DNA of 64,000 bases from Mytilus californianus (Eukaryota), in the NCBI RefSeq assembly GCF_021869535.1, contig NW_026262723.1, positions 20,460,001-20,524,000 of the forward strand, written 5' to 3'. The translations under genes were made by a program, and so were the position numbers. The notes under the pieces were generated by a model, which was not told the DNA's origin, made no database searches, and worked only from the letters and a program-made list of their open reading frames with translations. Below are positions 23,180 to 35,379 of this stretch, one piece after another (position 1 is the first letter of the stretch; every line of letters starts with the position of its first letter).

Positions 23180-25530
23180 TATACTAAAAGGCCAAGTGAG
23201 CTTTTGCCATCACTTGGCATCCTTTGTTTTAGTTCTTCCATAATTGTCCATCATTGTAAAAAATATTTCTGAAAAAAAAATAGGAAAGATTACACCAAAT
23301 GTTTACCTGAATGGTCCTTCAGGAATCCATGAAACTTTCATATGAAATTGTTTTAGGGGCTTTGATTGATCAACAAACATGGCCCCTGATGCTTAAAAAA
23401 TTGGGGAAAATGCCGTTTTTGGATTAAATCTCCAAAAAGAAAGCAATAAAACTTACAGTATCAGATTGATCAGAAGGTCAAGGTCTATCACCTATGAAAT
23501 TTTCTGAAGAATCAGACAGTCTAGTTTGGAATTTTTGCTCATGACATGTCAGTTTTTAGCCAATTTCAAAGTTTTTGGTTATTATTAGCTTACCTGAGCT
23601 TTTGCCATCACTTGGTAACAGTCATCATCTGCCGTAGTTCATCTCTTGTCATAGCCTTTTTAAACAAATCATCTGAAATACTGGGCCAAGTCTTAATTAA
23701 TTTTACCTGAAAATTCCTTAGGGAATGTTGTTTTAAATTTGTTAAGGGGATTAGATCCATCATAAAACATGGTCACTGCTGCTAAAAAAAGAACATAGGG
23801 AGTAAAATGCAGTTTTTGGCTTATATCTCCTTAACTTAAGCATTAAGAGAAAACTAGCTGGGTAAAACTATCAACAGGTAAAGATCAATTTATGGTATTT
23901 AAAGAAATCTCTGACAACCCATTTTGGAGTTACTGCCCCTGAAATGACCATTTTAGCACCTCACAGTTTTTGTCTCTCCTGCAACAAAAGTCGCAGTATG
24001 CAAGACATAGGTGTAACAATCCAGCGATGCCGTAAACTTTTTGTTTAAAGATGTATATTTCAGAAGGTAGAATACCTGGATGCTTCCTACCTCGTATGCA
24101 GATACCTTATGTATGTATTTTCCATCTGTCATATGTCCATTACCCTTGACCTCAGTTTTATGGTTCAGTGACTGCTCGATAAAAAATTTTGTTAAGTGAA
24201 ATACTTATTATGAGTAATAGGATAACCATATTTGGTATATGGGTTCCTTGCAACGTCTACATGTCTGTCAGGTAGGGTTCAGCTGACCTCAACCTTATTC
24301 CATCAGTGACCAAGGTTAAAGTTACATGGTTAAGTGTGTATCTCAGATACTGTAAGCAATAGGTCAAATATATTTGGTGTATGGAATGATTGTAAGGGGT
24401 ACATGTCCGACTGACAGATTTCATCTGATCTTGACCTCAATTTCATGGTTCATTGAACAAGTTTAGTTTTTGTGGTTTAGTCTATTTCTCAGATATTATA
24501 AGCAATAGGTCAACTATATTTGGTGTATGGAATGATTGTAAGGGGTACATGTCTGACTGACAGATTTCAATTGACCTTGACCTCAATTTCAGGGTTCATT
24601 GAGCCTCGTTTAGTTTTTGTGGTTTAGTCTATTTCTCAGATTCTAGTCTGTCTGCCAGGTTTCATCTGACCTTGACCTCAATTTCATGGATCATTGGTCA
24701 ATGTTAAGTTTATGTGATACTTAACTTGTAGTAAAACCTTCATTTAACAGACTTGCAACATAAATTCAATGATAAGTAAAACAGGTGAGACATTTCAGCG
24801 TGTGCACTCTTGTTTTGCTTATATCAAAAAGAATAACAGATGGAGAGAAATTTTAAATGAAAAAACAACCAGAACAATAAGATCTACAAATATACAATAT
24901 GACAGAAATTGTCAATTGACCCCAATAGAGGAATTTTATTGCATTTGAATTTTGATTTTTTATCCTTTCTCGTAATTTTTGTGAAAACTTCAGAAGAGAG
25001 AGTCTTTCAATTGTAAGATTTCAGCAAAATAAGATCTACTAATAAGTCGATATGAGTGAATTGTAAATTGACCCCTTACAGGAGTTTTTGTCCTTCAAAG
25101 AATTTTTTTAGAGAAACCATAAATGATAGAAAGAAATTGTCAATGCAAAAATGTTCAGCAAATAAAGATCTTCAAATAAGCCAACTTGGCTGGAATTGTT
25201 AATTGAATCCTTAACTTTGAAAGATGACTTTTATCCATTTTTGCAGAAACTACAATAGGTAGCAAAGATTATAACCACAATAAGATCTACAATTTTTTTA
25301 AATGACTGAAATTGTTAACTGACTCCTTACAGAGTTATTGCCCTTGAATAACATTTCTTTTACCCATTTCATGATTATTTTGCAAAAAACTATGATAGAG
25401 AGCGACAAAGTATAGTTAAAATGTTCAGCAAAATAAGATCTACAAATAAGTTAGGACAGTTAATCTTAGAGGAGTTACTGCCCTTGAAAGTTGATTTTTA
25501 CCCATGTTTGCATATTTTGTAGAATTAAAT
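23180..25530 (+). mobile_element. Old degenerate pearl-type element(s) with a nested family C element at 23945-24815
   Basis: Head GGCCAAGTGAGCTTTTGCCATCACTTGG twice (23190, 23596); decayed cores (AGCAAAATAAGATCTACAAATAAG...GGAGTTATTGCCCTTGAA) resume after 24830. Confidence 0.55.
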
Positions 25531-25554
25531 AGAATAGGCTTAAATACTAATAAA

Positions 25555-27310
25555 AACAACAAGAGTGCACATACTTAAATGTCTCTTCTGCTTTACTGAC
25601 CATGATCGATTTTATGTTGATTTATATATATACCTTAAAAATGAAGTTTTACTACATGTATCACATAAACTTAACATTATCAACGATCCATGACAATGAG
25701 GTCGAGGAATAATAAACCAAACAGACATATGTACACCTTACAGTCATTCTATACACCAAATATAGGGAACTTTGACCTATTGCTTATAGTATACAAGAAA
25801 CGGACCAAAACATGAAAATAATATTGACCAATGTAACATGAAAATGAGGTCATGGTCAGATAATACATGGCAGACAGACGTGTACACCTTACCATTATTC
25901 CATGCACCAAATACAGTTGGCCTTTGCTTACAGTATTTAAGGAACTGTTTTAACCAGGAAAACTTAACATTAACTTATAAACCATGTAAATGAGGTCAAG
26001 GCCAGATGAGCCCTGCCAGACCTTCTAGTACACCTTACAATCATTCCATGTACCAAATATAGTTGACATTTTGCTTATAGTATCTTAAAAGAGAACTAAA
26101 CTACTGAAACTTAACATTGACCAATGAATTATGACAATGAGGTCAAGTACAGATGATACCTGCCAGACTTTAACCTTAATCACTGATCCATTAAATTATG
26201 TCAAGGGCAGGTGAACCCTATCTGACGGACACGTAGACTTTTCAAGGAACCCATATATCAAATGTAATTATCCTATTACTCATAATAAGTGAGAAATTCG
26301 CGACAAAAAAACTAAACATTTTTTTATTCAAGCTGGTCCACTAGTTGGGCACTTGTGGGGAAGTAAATACAAAAAAGATAGAGAAAATTCAAGAGAGAGA
26401 GCTGTAAGATTTATTTATGAAGACTATTCAGCAAGTTATGAAGATCTACTCTGCAAATCAAAATTACCATCTTTGAAAATAAGAAGAATGAGATCATTGG
26501 CTATTGAAGTTTTCAAAATTATTAATAATGTCCTGTTTATCTTTAGATACCCGAATACAACAGACTTACCACATGTAAGAACAACTGCATATGGCCTACA
26601 ATCTTATGGTATGCGGTTGCTAAACTTTGGAATGAGCTGGCAGGCAGCCTGCCAGATGAGTTGCGTAAGCAATCATCTTTAAATCAATTCAAGAACTTTG
26701 TAAATTCTTTGTCTGGCAGCTCATGCCAATATTTTGCCTGCAAAACCAGTTAATTCTTTTCTTTGTTTTTATAGTTTATTGCTTTATTTTCAGCATGGCA
26801 AATTTTGTTTTTGTTGCTAATAGTGCTTCTGCTATATTGTGCTTATTTTAGTTACTTGACTAATCGCTATGTGCTTTTTTAAATGTTGCAAACCCTTTTA
26901 CTTTTGTGTTTTTACCCCATAAGTGCATGCTTCAGTGTGTGTTTGAGCAGCTTGGTGGAACTTTTGTGTTGTATGTATGCATAATATGAACTCTTGCTTT
27001 CTATATTTAATTGTATATGTGCATGACTTGATGTGTATATTTTGTTTGTTGTGCATTTGTTTTGTCGGTTTTAATAGCTCTTCAGATCTTATGTTTGTAA
27101 TTGTTTTGTATATGTACCGACTTTGAGTAAAGCTTTATGTCTTATGACTTACCATGAAAATGAAGTCAATGACAATGGACATATGACAAACGTAAACGTC
27201 GTAACATAAGGCATCTGTATACCAGGTATAAAGCCTCCAGGTATGCTGACCTCGGAAACAAATAGTAGTTTACGCCGCCTTCGCGACTTTCATCGCAGGC
27301 AAGACAATCA
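25555..27310 (-). mobile_element. Family C pearl/HINE element, inverted relative to 23945-24815, with a nested LINE
   Basis: AACAAGAGTGCACATACTTAAATGTCTC at one end and hairpin GCCTTCGCGACTTTCATCGCAGGCAAGACAA at the other; cores interrupted at ~26335-27135. Confidence 0.65.
26335..27135 (+). mobile_element. 5'-truncated L2/CR1-group LINE (RT C-terminus plus 3' UTR), frameshifted
   Basis: With shifts reads ...KKIEKIQER/AVRFIYEDYSASYEDLLCKSKLPSLKIRRMRSLAIEVFKIINN...LPHVRTTAYGLQS/YAVAKLWNEL/PDELRKQSSLNQFKNFVN, a typical L2/CR1 ORF2 end. Confidence 0.85.
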
Positions 27311-27469
27311 GATAAGTAAAAATCTCGCTTCCCGTTAATAGCAAAGATAGTCAAGGTCTCACTTTAGAGCAGTAATCTTTTCCTAACATGATTAAGCAGC
27401 ACACGTGTTCGTCATTACAGATAAAATGTATTAAAATATGATGGCTTCCAAATTAGCGCAAGATTTTCC

Positions 27470-28972
27470 TTTTTTCTCATCACTTGGCGTCCGTCGTCGT
27501 CGTCGTTAACTTTTTACATTTTGAACTTCTTCTAGAGAACCACTGAATGGAATGAAACAAAACATGGCATGAATGTTCCTTATGAGGTGCTGACCAAGTG
27601 TTGTTACTTTGAAGCCGATCCATCATCCAAGATGGCCTCCAGCGGGGGACTTAGTTTAACATAGGACCCTACGGGAAATATTTACAAATGTCTTCTTTTA
27701 GAGAACCACTGAATGGAATGAAACCAAACATGGCATGAATTGTTCCTTATGCGGTGTTGACCAAGTGTTGTTACTTTGAAGCCGATCCATAATCCAAGAT
27801 GGCCGCCAGCGGGGGACTTAGTTTAACATAGGACCCGCTAGGCTATGGGAAATATTTACAAATGTCTTCTTTTAGAGAACCACTGAATGGAATGAAACCA
27901 AACATGGCATGAATGTTCCTTTTGAGGTGCTGACCAAGTGTTGTAACTTTGAAGCCAATCCATCATCCAAGATGGCCGCCATCTGGGGACAATGTTTAAC
28001 AAAGGACCCCATGGACAATACATACAAATGTCTTCTTTTAGAGAACCACCGAATGGATTGAAACCAAACATAGCATGAATGTTCCTTATGAGGTGCTGAC
28101 CAAGTGTTGTAACTTTGAAGCCGATCCATCATCCAGGATGGCCTCCAGCGGGGGACTTAGTTTAACATAGGACCCTATGGGAAATATTTACAAATGTCTT
28201 CTTTTAGAGAACCACTGAATGGAATGAAACCAAACATGGCATGAATTGTTCCTTATGCGGTGTTGACCAAGTGTTGTTACTTTGAAGCCAATCCATAATC
28301 CAAGATGGCCGCCAGCGGGGGACTTAGTTTAACATAGGACCCGCTAGGCTATGGGAAATATTTACAAATGTCTTCTTTTAGAGAACCACTGAATGGAATG
28401 AAACCAAACATGGCATGAATGTTCCTTTTGAGGTGCTGACCAAGTGTTGTTACTTTGAAGCCAATCCATCATCCAAGATGGCCGCCATCTGGGGACAATG
28501 TTTAACAAAGGACCCCATGGACAATACATACAAATGTCTTCTTTTAGAGAACCACCGAATGGATTGAAACCAAACATAGCATGAATGTTCCTTATGAGGT
28601 GCTGACAAAGTGTTGTTACTTTGAAGCTGATCCTTTATCAACGATGGCCGCCAGCGGGGGGACTTCCTTTAACATAAGACCCTATGGGAAATACATACAA
28701 ATGCTTCTTCTAGAGGTGCAATGAATGGAATAAAACCAAACATGGCATAAATGTTTCTTATGAGGTGCTGATGAAGTGTTGCTACTTTGTTGCCGATTTA
28801 CTGTTCAAGATGGCCACCAGAATTTTTTTTATTAAATTACAGGGCCAATATTAAACCAAATTTGGCCTCGCTCATTATTAGGGTAACTGTTATGATTTTA
28901 ATCTATTTTAACATGATTTCCAAAATCAAAGTAGAATCAGGTGAGCGACACAGGTTCTTGAGAGCCTCTAGT
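27470..28972 (+). mobile_element. pearl/CvA-type element with ~166-173-bp satellite-like array (~8 units)
   Basis: Head TTTTCTCATCACTTGGCGTCC(GTC)n, tandem units AGAGAACCACTGAATGGAATGAAACCAAACATGGCATGAATG..., tail CAGGTGAGCGACACAGGTTCTTGAGAGCCTCTAGTT. Confidence 0.85.
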
Positions 28973-29219
28973 TCTTGCTTGCATTTCATTTCAAATAAGT
29001 GTCTGGGTCTCTTTGTTCCTGTATTTGACCATGGTATAGTGTTTCAGTAAAATGAAACAAAAGGAACTATTTCTTGGTTGTAGAAAACTATATGAAAGTA
29101 CAGCATTTGCACAGTGTATATATGAATATTACTTAAATAACTCTTCTCGTTTTTGAAATATTAATCAAGTTATGTTTCTCTATTAAAAATCATCCAAATT
29201 AAAGATGTATTCATCTCAT

Positions 29220-29372
29220 CAGAAGGTGCCTATCCAGGATTTTGAAACCGGGGGACCCCCTGGCGTGCAAACGTTTGGAGTGATACTTGTAAAAACATCT
29301 ATGCATAGATCATATATGTAGCTCCATAAGGGGGACCCGGGACCCCTGTCCCCCCTTTCCAATCCTCCTCTG
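29220..29372. mobile_element. Degenerate MITE of the CAG(T/G)GGCGGATCC family
   Basis: CAGAAGGTGCCTATCCAGG ... CCAATCCTCCTCTG, with G/C-rich subterminal tracts. Confidence 0.5.
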
Positions 29373-30027
29373 ATCAGTCATATACTTTGTGAATGCATTC
29401 CCCGATCCTGTATACATTTGTAGAACCTTATCTTATCTTACCGTTATTTTACTTTTAGTGATTCCTTAACGTGAAGTAGAATAAAAATTATGCCAATCCT
29501 TAAAATGGTCACTGACCCCCTTTTTCAATTATTTAATGTGATCTTGCTCTTTTCTGTTCGAAATTACAATATCAGTATTTAGTTAATATATGCCGCACCT
29601 CTATATTCTTTTTCGAAAATAAGTATACAGGTGCTCTTCACGGAATTGGAATCAGATATTCGTATTCTTTATACTGGAGGTTGGGCCAAAGAAGAAAAAT
29701 GACAGTGTATAATATATTCACTTAGGTACAGGGCTGGGAGAAATTTCGTATAGAAGATTACCTTTATCAACAATTTATGAATCAATTCGAGCAAAGAATT
29801 TAATGAAACACTGTCGTAAAGAAACAATTCAAATGATTAAATTTCAGACATTCATGGTTACATTAAGATATATATTTATCTTTACACTCAAAAATGTATA
29901 AACCGGGCAAATAATTCGGCTGCACTGCATACTTTACATAAACAATTTTACATAGGGATTTCGTTTAATAGACATTTTCCGATGGCATTCCAAATTTCGC
30001 TCTCGTCATCCCTGTCGACCCCCTATT

Positions 30028-30220
30028 ACAGGAATAGATTACCTGTATTTGGCAAAACTTTTAGGAATTTTTGGTCCTCAATGCTCTTCAACTTCGTACT
30101 TTATTTGGCCTTTTTTACTTTTTTGATTCGAGCGTCACTGAGGAGTCTTTTGTAGACGAAACGCGCGTCTGGTGCAAATACAAAATTTCAATCCTGGTAT
30201 CTATGATGAGTTTATTTACA
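30028..30220 (+). mobile_element. Short dispersed repeat carrying a hammerhead ribozyme (PLE pseudo-LTR or retrozyme-like)
   Basis: Contains the ribozyme at 30132-30175; no tandem partner in the window. Confidence 0.6.
30132..30175 (+). ncRNA. Minimal type-I hammerhead ribozyme
   Basis: GCGTCA-CTGAGGA-GTC(TTTTGTA)GAC-GAAA-CGCGCG-TC-TGGTGC: complete core, 3-bp stem II, palindromic stem III, 6-bp stem I with two GU pairs; predicted cleavage after C30169. Confidence 0.8.
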
Positions 30221-31308
30221 TGACATACCTATTGTGTTTATTGTTAATTTGTTATCGTGCTGAACATGCATGACATATTTGCCACTGGACGTAAAGCAAA
30301 CAATTATCAATCATTCGGTTAACAAAATGTTTATCAAGTTTCATAATTCGTATAATATATTAGATAAGCTATTAGTTGCGACGGTTCCATTTCTTTACTT
30401 ATTCAATATGAATTAATAACATTACTTTGTCTTTTGTTTGTAATACAAGTAAGCAAAATGTATTAGTTATACGTGTATTCTAAAATCTATCCTAATCAGG
30501 TCAAGTAATTTACATATTAGATATTTCATACACTTGGAAATTTGATATATCATTTATACCTTTACCATTATAATCATGATAATAGAGGTAATTAATAGTG
30601 AAAAGTAAAAAAAACATTAAATAATTGATACAGTGAATTGTTCGCTTGATTAATACGTGTATGATAAATGAGGGTATGGATGGAAAATAAAAAAAATAGA
30701 GAAAAGTGGGACAAAAAACAAAGAAAAGAGAACAATTGGGTGTTAAAATATAAAGAATCGAGAATATTTGGCAAAAAATGTAGAGTAAAGAAAAATGACC
30801 TAAAAAATTAGAGAATACAGAAATGACGGACCACCATCCATACCCCCATGAATGATAATGGCTATCACACAGCCTTTGTTGGTCGATTACCTTCTTTGTT
30901 GAAGGCTTTAAAGTGACCTTTTAATATTTTATTATTTTAAGGTCTTTTGTAACGCCAGCAGGTATACTTCTCTGGATTAATTAATGTATTAAAGTTCCGT
31001 AGAAAACCTTTTTGCACCGATAGGTCTTTGAAAGGATTTTTTTATAATAGGATATATAGTTCATCGTACTAATAAAATCCTTGAACTTTGGTAATTCTAG
31101 TAGGTTAATGAATTCATTAAATGCATTTGAGTTAGATACAGCCTTGCAAACATTTTTGAGAGGTATTTGGTATTCCCTTTTAGGTTTACTACTCTGTTAA
31201 TTCATTAACGTATTATAGATATAAAACAACTATACAGACCGAACACTAATCCGATTAAAATTATGATTCGAGTATGACGAAACCAGAGCTCTATATTTTA
31301 ATTAGATT

Positions 31309-31622
31309 GACCGAACATTAATATGTTAACGTTGAAACATTACAATGAGAATGTCTTGAAGAACGAAGGAAAACAAACAGACTGTGTATGCATAAACCCA
31401 TAGATATAGACCGACAGCAACAATTAATCCCAAACGACAGCCGAACCATGATAGGTATAGGCCGTTTCTACCAAGACAGAATAAACACAGATGCCCATGG
31501 ACAATCATTCTTCCCAAAGACCATCATGGATTTGAATCAATTCGGTTGGTTCAACAATCTGATAAAAATTCAGATCTATTGTAGCTCGCCGCTTACTTGT
31601 ATGACCATAAAGAAATTTTAGA
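31309..31622 (+). mobile_element. 5'-truncated LINE 3' end (CR1/L2/RTE group) with 19-bp TSD
   Basis: Reads LEERRKTNRL...IDRQQQLIPNDSRT...RFYQDRINTDAHGQSFFPKTIMDLN (cf. SFFPRTIRDWN). Flanked by identical TCTATATTTTAATTAGATT at 31290-31308 and 31623-31641. Confidence 0.8.
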
Positions 31623-32069
31623 TCTATATTTTAATTAGATTTGCTGGTTCAACTGAGAGGTTCAGAGCTGCCATGAAGGCATGCTCTGAAAGGAAGTAGA
31701 CAACACAGCCTGCATATAGTTTTAATTGTAAATTGGAGACGGTTTTAATTGTAAATAACTCTCACTATATATATCTAGAGAGAAGACTAGCTGGCACTGA
31801 CGCAGTTTTTACAGGACCATACTTGAAAGAAGAAAAGATATAGATAAAAATAACGTTTGCATGCAATGCGTTTGGTAATGCTGGTATAGGTTTGCTGTTG
31901 AGAATTCATTAACTGTTTCAGAGAGTTGGAGACAGGAGACATACACTTACATTTTTTTATTCGTGTTGATCAATCTCAGACACTATATAGTAATTTTACG
32001 TGTTAACATCGGTTCTGTGAACTATTGTTTGTTTCCATTTTTCTCTGTTGGCATGTATGCATTTTGTCA

Positions 32070-32176
32070 TCTTCCCCTGCTTCGGAGACCCGCGTCCGCC
32101 TATGAAAATTTCTTACCGAGGTAGAAGGCAGAAAAAAAATTTCCCCTGCTTCGGAGACCCGCGTCGGCCTATGAAG
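32070..32176 (+). repeat. Two direct copies of a ~35-bp GC-rich motif
   Basis: TTCCCCTGCTTCGGAGACCCGCGTC(C/G)GCCTATGAA at ~32071 and ~32141. Confidence 0.8.
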
Positions 32177-32479
32177 TCCTTTTATACTTATTTTGGAATT
32201 CTTGATATTTTTCCTTGCGTGTCATTTTTTTCCTGAATTTTGGATTGTCAAATGAGAAAAGTAGAGCGTAAATATAGTTTATACATTTCTTATATCTGTC
32301 CATCCGGGTTTTGGAAGGGGGGGCATCCTCTATCAACCACTGTAAAAAAAATGTCTTTCAAAGTACAATTCCATCACAATATCTATATATGTGCATATCA
32401 ATTACACACATTGTATACTGGTAAACTAAATCCTTACGCTAAAAGTCCCAATTTCAATCATAATCTTTAATATGTGCAT

Positions 32480-32750
32480 GTTGAACCTGTTGTTCCGTGG
32501 TTGTCGTTTGTTGATGTTGTTCTCAAGTGTTTCTCGTTTCTCGTTTTTTTTTTATATAGATTAGACCGTTGGTTTTCCTGTTTGAATAGTTTTATACTAG
32601 TCATTTTGGGCCCTTTATAGCTTGCTGTTCGGTGTGAGCCATTGCTCCGTGTTGAAGGCCGTACTTTGACCTATAATTGTTTACTTTTTACACATTGTGA
32701 CTTGGATGGAGAGTTGTCTCATTGGCACTCATACCACATCTTATTTCTAT
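32480..32750 (+). mobile_element. Dispersed PLE 3'-UTR repeat copy
   Basis: Ends GAGAGTTGTCTCATTGGCACTCATACCACATCTTATT. Confidence 0.7.
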
Positions 32751-32828
32751 GTGTATATTTTATCAATAATGTCCACCAAATTGTGCACGTTTTCATAGCT
32801 TGAAACATATAGGTATATATATATATAC

Positions 32829-33732
32829 ACAAGTCTAAATTGAAAACAACGTTCAAACCTATGATTGGGTTGGATAAAAAACGCAATTTTTATACGTGTG
32901 CATGCAAAATAAATACCTTGTTAGAGGGGTCTAAATACAGCACAAACAACATTTTCCAAAAGACCAAAAAAGTGAAAAAGTATATTTAAACAAAACGCAT
33001 TTGACTAACAGGTCGAACAACAAATGTTCTTAAACCCTGCTGACTGCCATTGGCGATTGCCAAATAAACGGATCACCGATGTAATAAATGGATCTTAATT
33101 TAAAATTTAATACTAAACAGAAAACAATAAACTTGCAGAAAGTTGGTATACCGCAAACAAAAGGGGCAAAGGTTTTTGTACACCATATCCGGATTTCGAC
33201 AAATAATGTCTCTTCAGTGATGTTAGGAATCGAAACGGTATTTGGAAAGCCCAACAATTTACCTCAATTTAGGATAGACTCTTGAATTTTAAGGAGTCAA
33301 AATAGGATGAACGGATCATATAAACCCTAAGGCAAATATAATACAAGCCCAAACGAAAAAATATAAACAAGTCTAAATTGAAAACAACGTTCAAACCTAT
33401 GATTGCGTTGGATAAAAACCGCAATTTTTATACGTGTGCATGCAAAATAAATTTCTTGTTAGAGGGGTCTAAATACAGCACAAACAACATTTTCCAAAAG
33501 ACCAAAAAAGTGAAAAAGTATATTTTAACAAAACGCATTTGACTAACAGGTCGAACAACAAATGTTCTTAAACCCTGCTGACTGCCATTGGCGATTGCCA
33601 AATAAACGGATCACCGATGTAATAAATGGATCTTAATTTAAAATTTAATACTAAATAGAACACAATAAACTTGCGGAAAGGTGGTATACCGCAAACAAAA
33701 GGAGCAAAGGTTTTTGTACACCATATCCGAAC
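32829..33732 (-). mobile_element. Hammerhead-containing tandem repeat (538-bp period, ~1.7 units) inserted in (TA)n
   Basis: 32829-33192 is repeated at 33367-33730 with few substitutions; the 174-bp spacer holds the ribozyme core; (TA)n tracts flank both ends. Confidence 0.85.
33180..33223 (-). ncRNA. Minimal type-I hammerhead ribozyme
   Basis: Minus strand: ACATCA-CTGAAGA-GAC(ATTATTT)GTC-GAAA-TCCGGA-TA-TGGTGT; complete core, palindromic stem III, 6-bp stem I; predicted AUA cleavage between 33186 and 33185. Confidence 0.8.
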
Positions 33733-34055
33733 TATATATATATATATATATATATATAGTGAGAAAGTAGTGGTCATCTGTGAGATATATGTAAAACTGC
33801 GTCATAAGAACAAAATACGTAAATATACATATTCTTACACATTTTTATACATAAAGTCCCCCCCCCCCCCCCCAACTGCGTGAAGACGACTGCCCCAATC
33901 GATGAAAAGCTCAAATTTGACCCTTTGCGTGGATGTGTTAACATGTCGAAAGCCTGTACATGTATAGCTTTTTAAATTTTCGTCTGTTATCCGAAATTGC
34001 CGAATAGCTACCAGATTTAACACAAAGCAGGCTGCTTTCCAGTTTAAAATCGAAC

Positions 34056-34152
34056 CACAGGGGTTTGTTACAATTTGCCGGGTTTACTGATCACTGATTT
34101 TTTCGGGGTTCGTATGGATAGTAAACCCGGCAAATTGTAACCAACCCCTGTG
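34056..34152. mobile_element. 97-bp hairpin MITE, CA...TG termini, perfect 7-bp TSD
   Basis: 33-bp TIRs (34056-34088 / 34120-34152, 1 mismatch); ATCGAAC on both flanks (34049-34055, 34153-34159). Confidence 0.9.
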
Positions 34153-34424
34153 ATCGAACTGTTACAGTGTTGGGATATGGTGTTATTCAATCCCCTTACA
34201 AGCCACTATACCCTGACCTACTGGTTCCCAGACCCTCGTCTATTTTTCACGTCCCCTCTGACGCAAAATTCTGAACCCGCCCCTGTATATATGATTTTAA
34301 AAGCCAATCAACCTTTCCATGCAGTAGGTTTCACTCTCAATAGGGGGTTTTGGTGGCCGAGTTGTCGAAGTAGTTCACTTACAGTGATTACTAGCCTGTC
34401 AGCTCCAAGATTGTGAATTTCGAT

Positions 34425-34930
34425 TGATTGACTGCTGTTTGCTTAACTACCAGTGGCAAAAAATCATGCATGTTCAGGACGAGTACAAATAAAAAAAAAT
34501 ACAATAGGTAGATCCTGCAATAAGGGGTCGACCGGGATAATTGACGGGAAATTTTGAATGCCACAGGCAAATGATGGCATATTTGAAAGGTCACCTACGG
34601 ATACTTCATATAGTTGTTGCAAGTGTTCTTAACGTGCATAGAGCGTGGTAATCTCTCTTCACGAGGCATCGTATTTAATGTCCATTCTGACCGGACGTGA
34701 CTGCAACTTTATACATCCTGCACATCCAAACGGACGCTCCACTTTGGCAAGCATTTTACTGCCGTTCGAAAGTGGACCAAGCGATGACCATATTTATATA
34801 CTGCAGTCATCCCTTGCAGTGGCTGTTGTGACTTCGAAACCCTCTCATTCGATTCCGATCCAACTAGAAAGGATTGCCAGCTTTCCCCGCCAACAAGTCC
34901 ATTGATCTCTCCGAGTACTTCGGCTTTAAA
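34425..34930 (-). mobile_element. Degenerate bivalve-type SINE (Nin/Deu-like core)
   Basis: GATTGATTGACTGCTGTTTGCTTAACTACCAGTGGCAAAAAATCATGCATGTTCAGGACGAG tail and TTAACGTGCATAGAGCGTGG...GTATTTAATGTCC core; related copy at 40725-41000. Confidence 0.5.
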
Positions 34931-35109
34931 AAAATCAACATTTCTGGTTTGTCATCGATAAATTAATAAAAACCAATCAACACACATCATTTAAAATAAA
35001 ACCATCTTAATCTTCGTAAATACTATTGTGATATGAGGTCTAATCATAATAAGAGATCAACCACTGCCTTACTTTGATGTTAACAATGAACGACTTTGGC
35101 ATATAACTA

Positions 35110-35255
35110 TGTCAGTGGGTAACTTTGACACGTGAACGAATTATTGCCAGTAGCATCAAAAGGCACAAGTGCACAAAGGGTTGTCACAGTGAACGAATTA
35201 TTGGCAGTATCATCATGGCAAAAAGTGCATCAAGGTGTGTCACAGTAATCGAATT
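35110..35255 (+). repeat. Tandem ~58-bp unit, ~2.3 copies
   Basis: TGACAC(G/A)GTGAACGAATTATTG(C/G)CAGTA.CATCA..GGCA.AAAGTGCA repeated. Confidence 0.7.
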
Positions 35256-35338
35256 AACCGGAAAAATTTCTTGAAACACTTCAAATGAAAATTTTCAATT
35301 ACACATTATACACATACTGAGACTTTACCACACAGTCT

Positions 35339-35379
<41 letters not shown>

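Noticed and set aside
27470-28972. Regular repeat arrays as CRISPR
   Set aside because: Eukaryotic context, long monomers without unique spacers, no cas genes.
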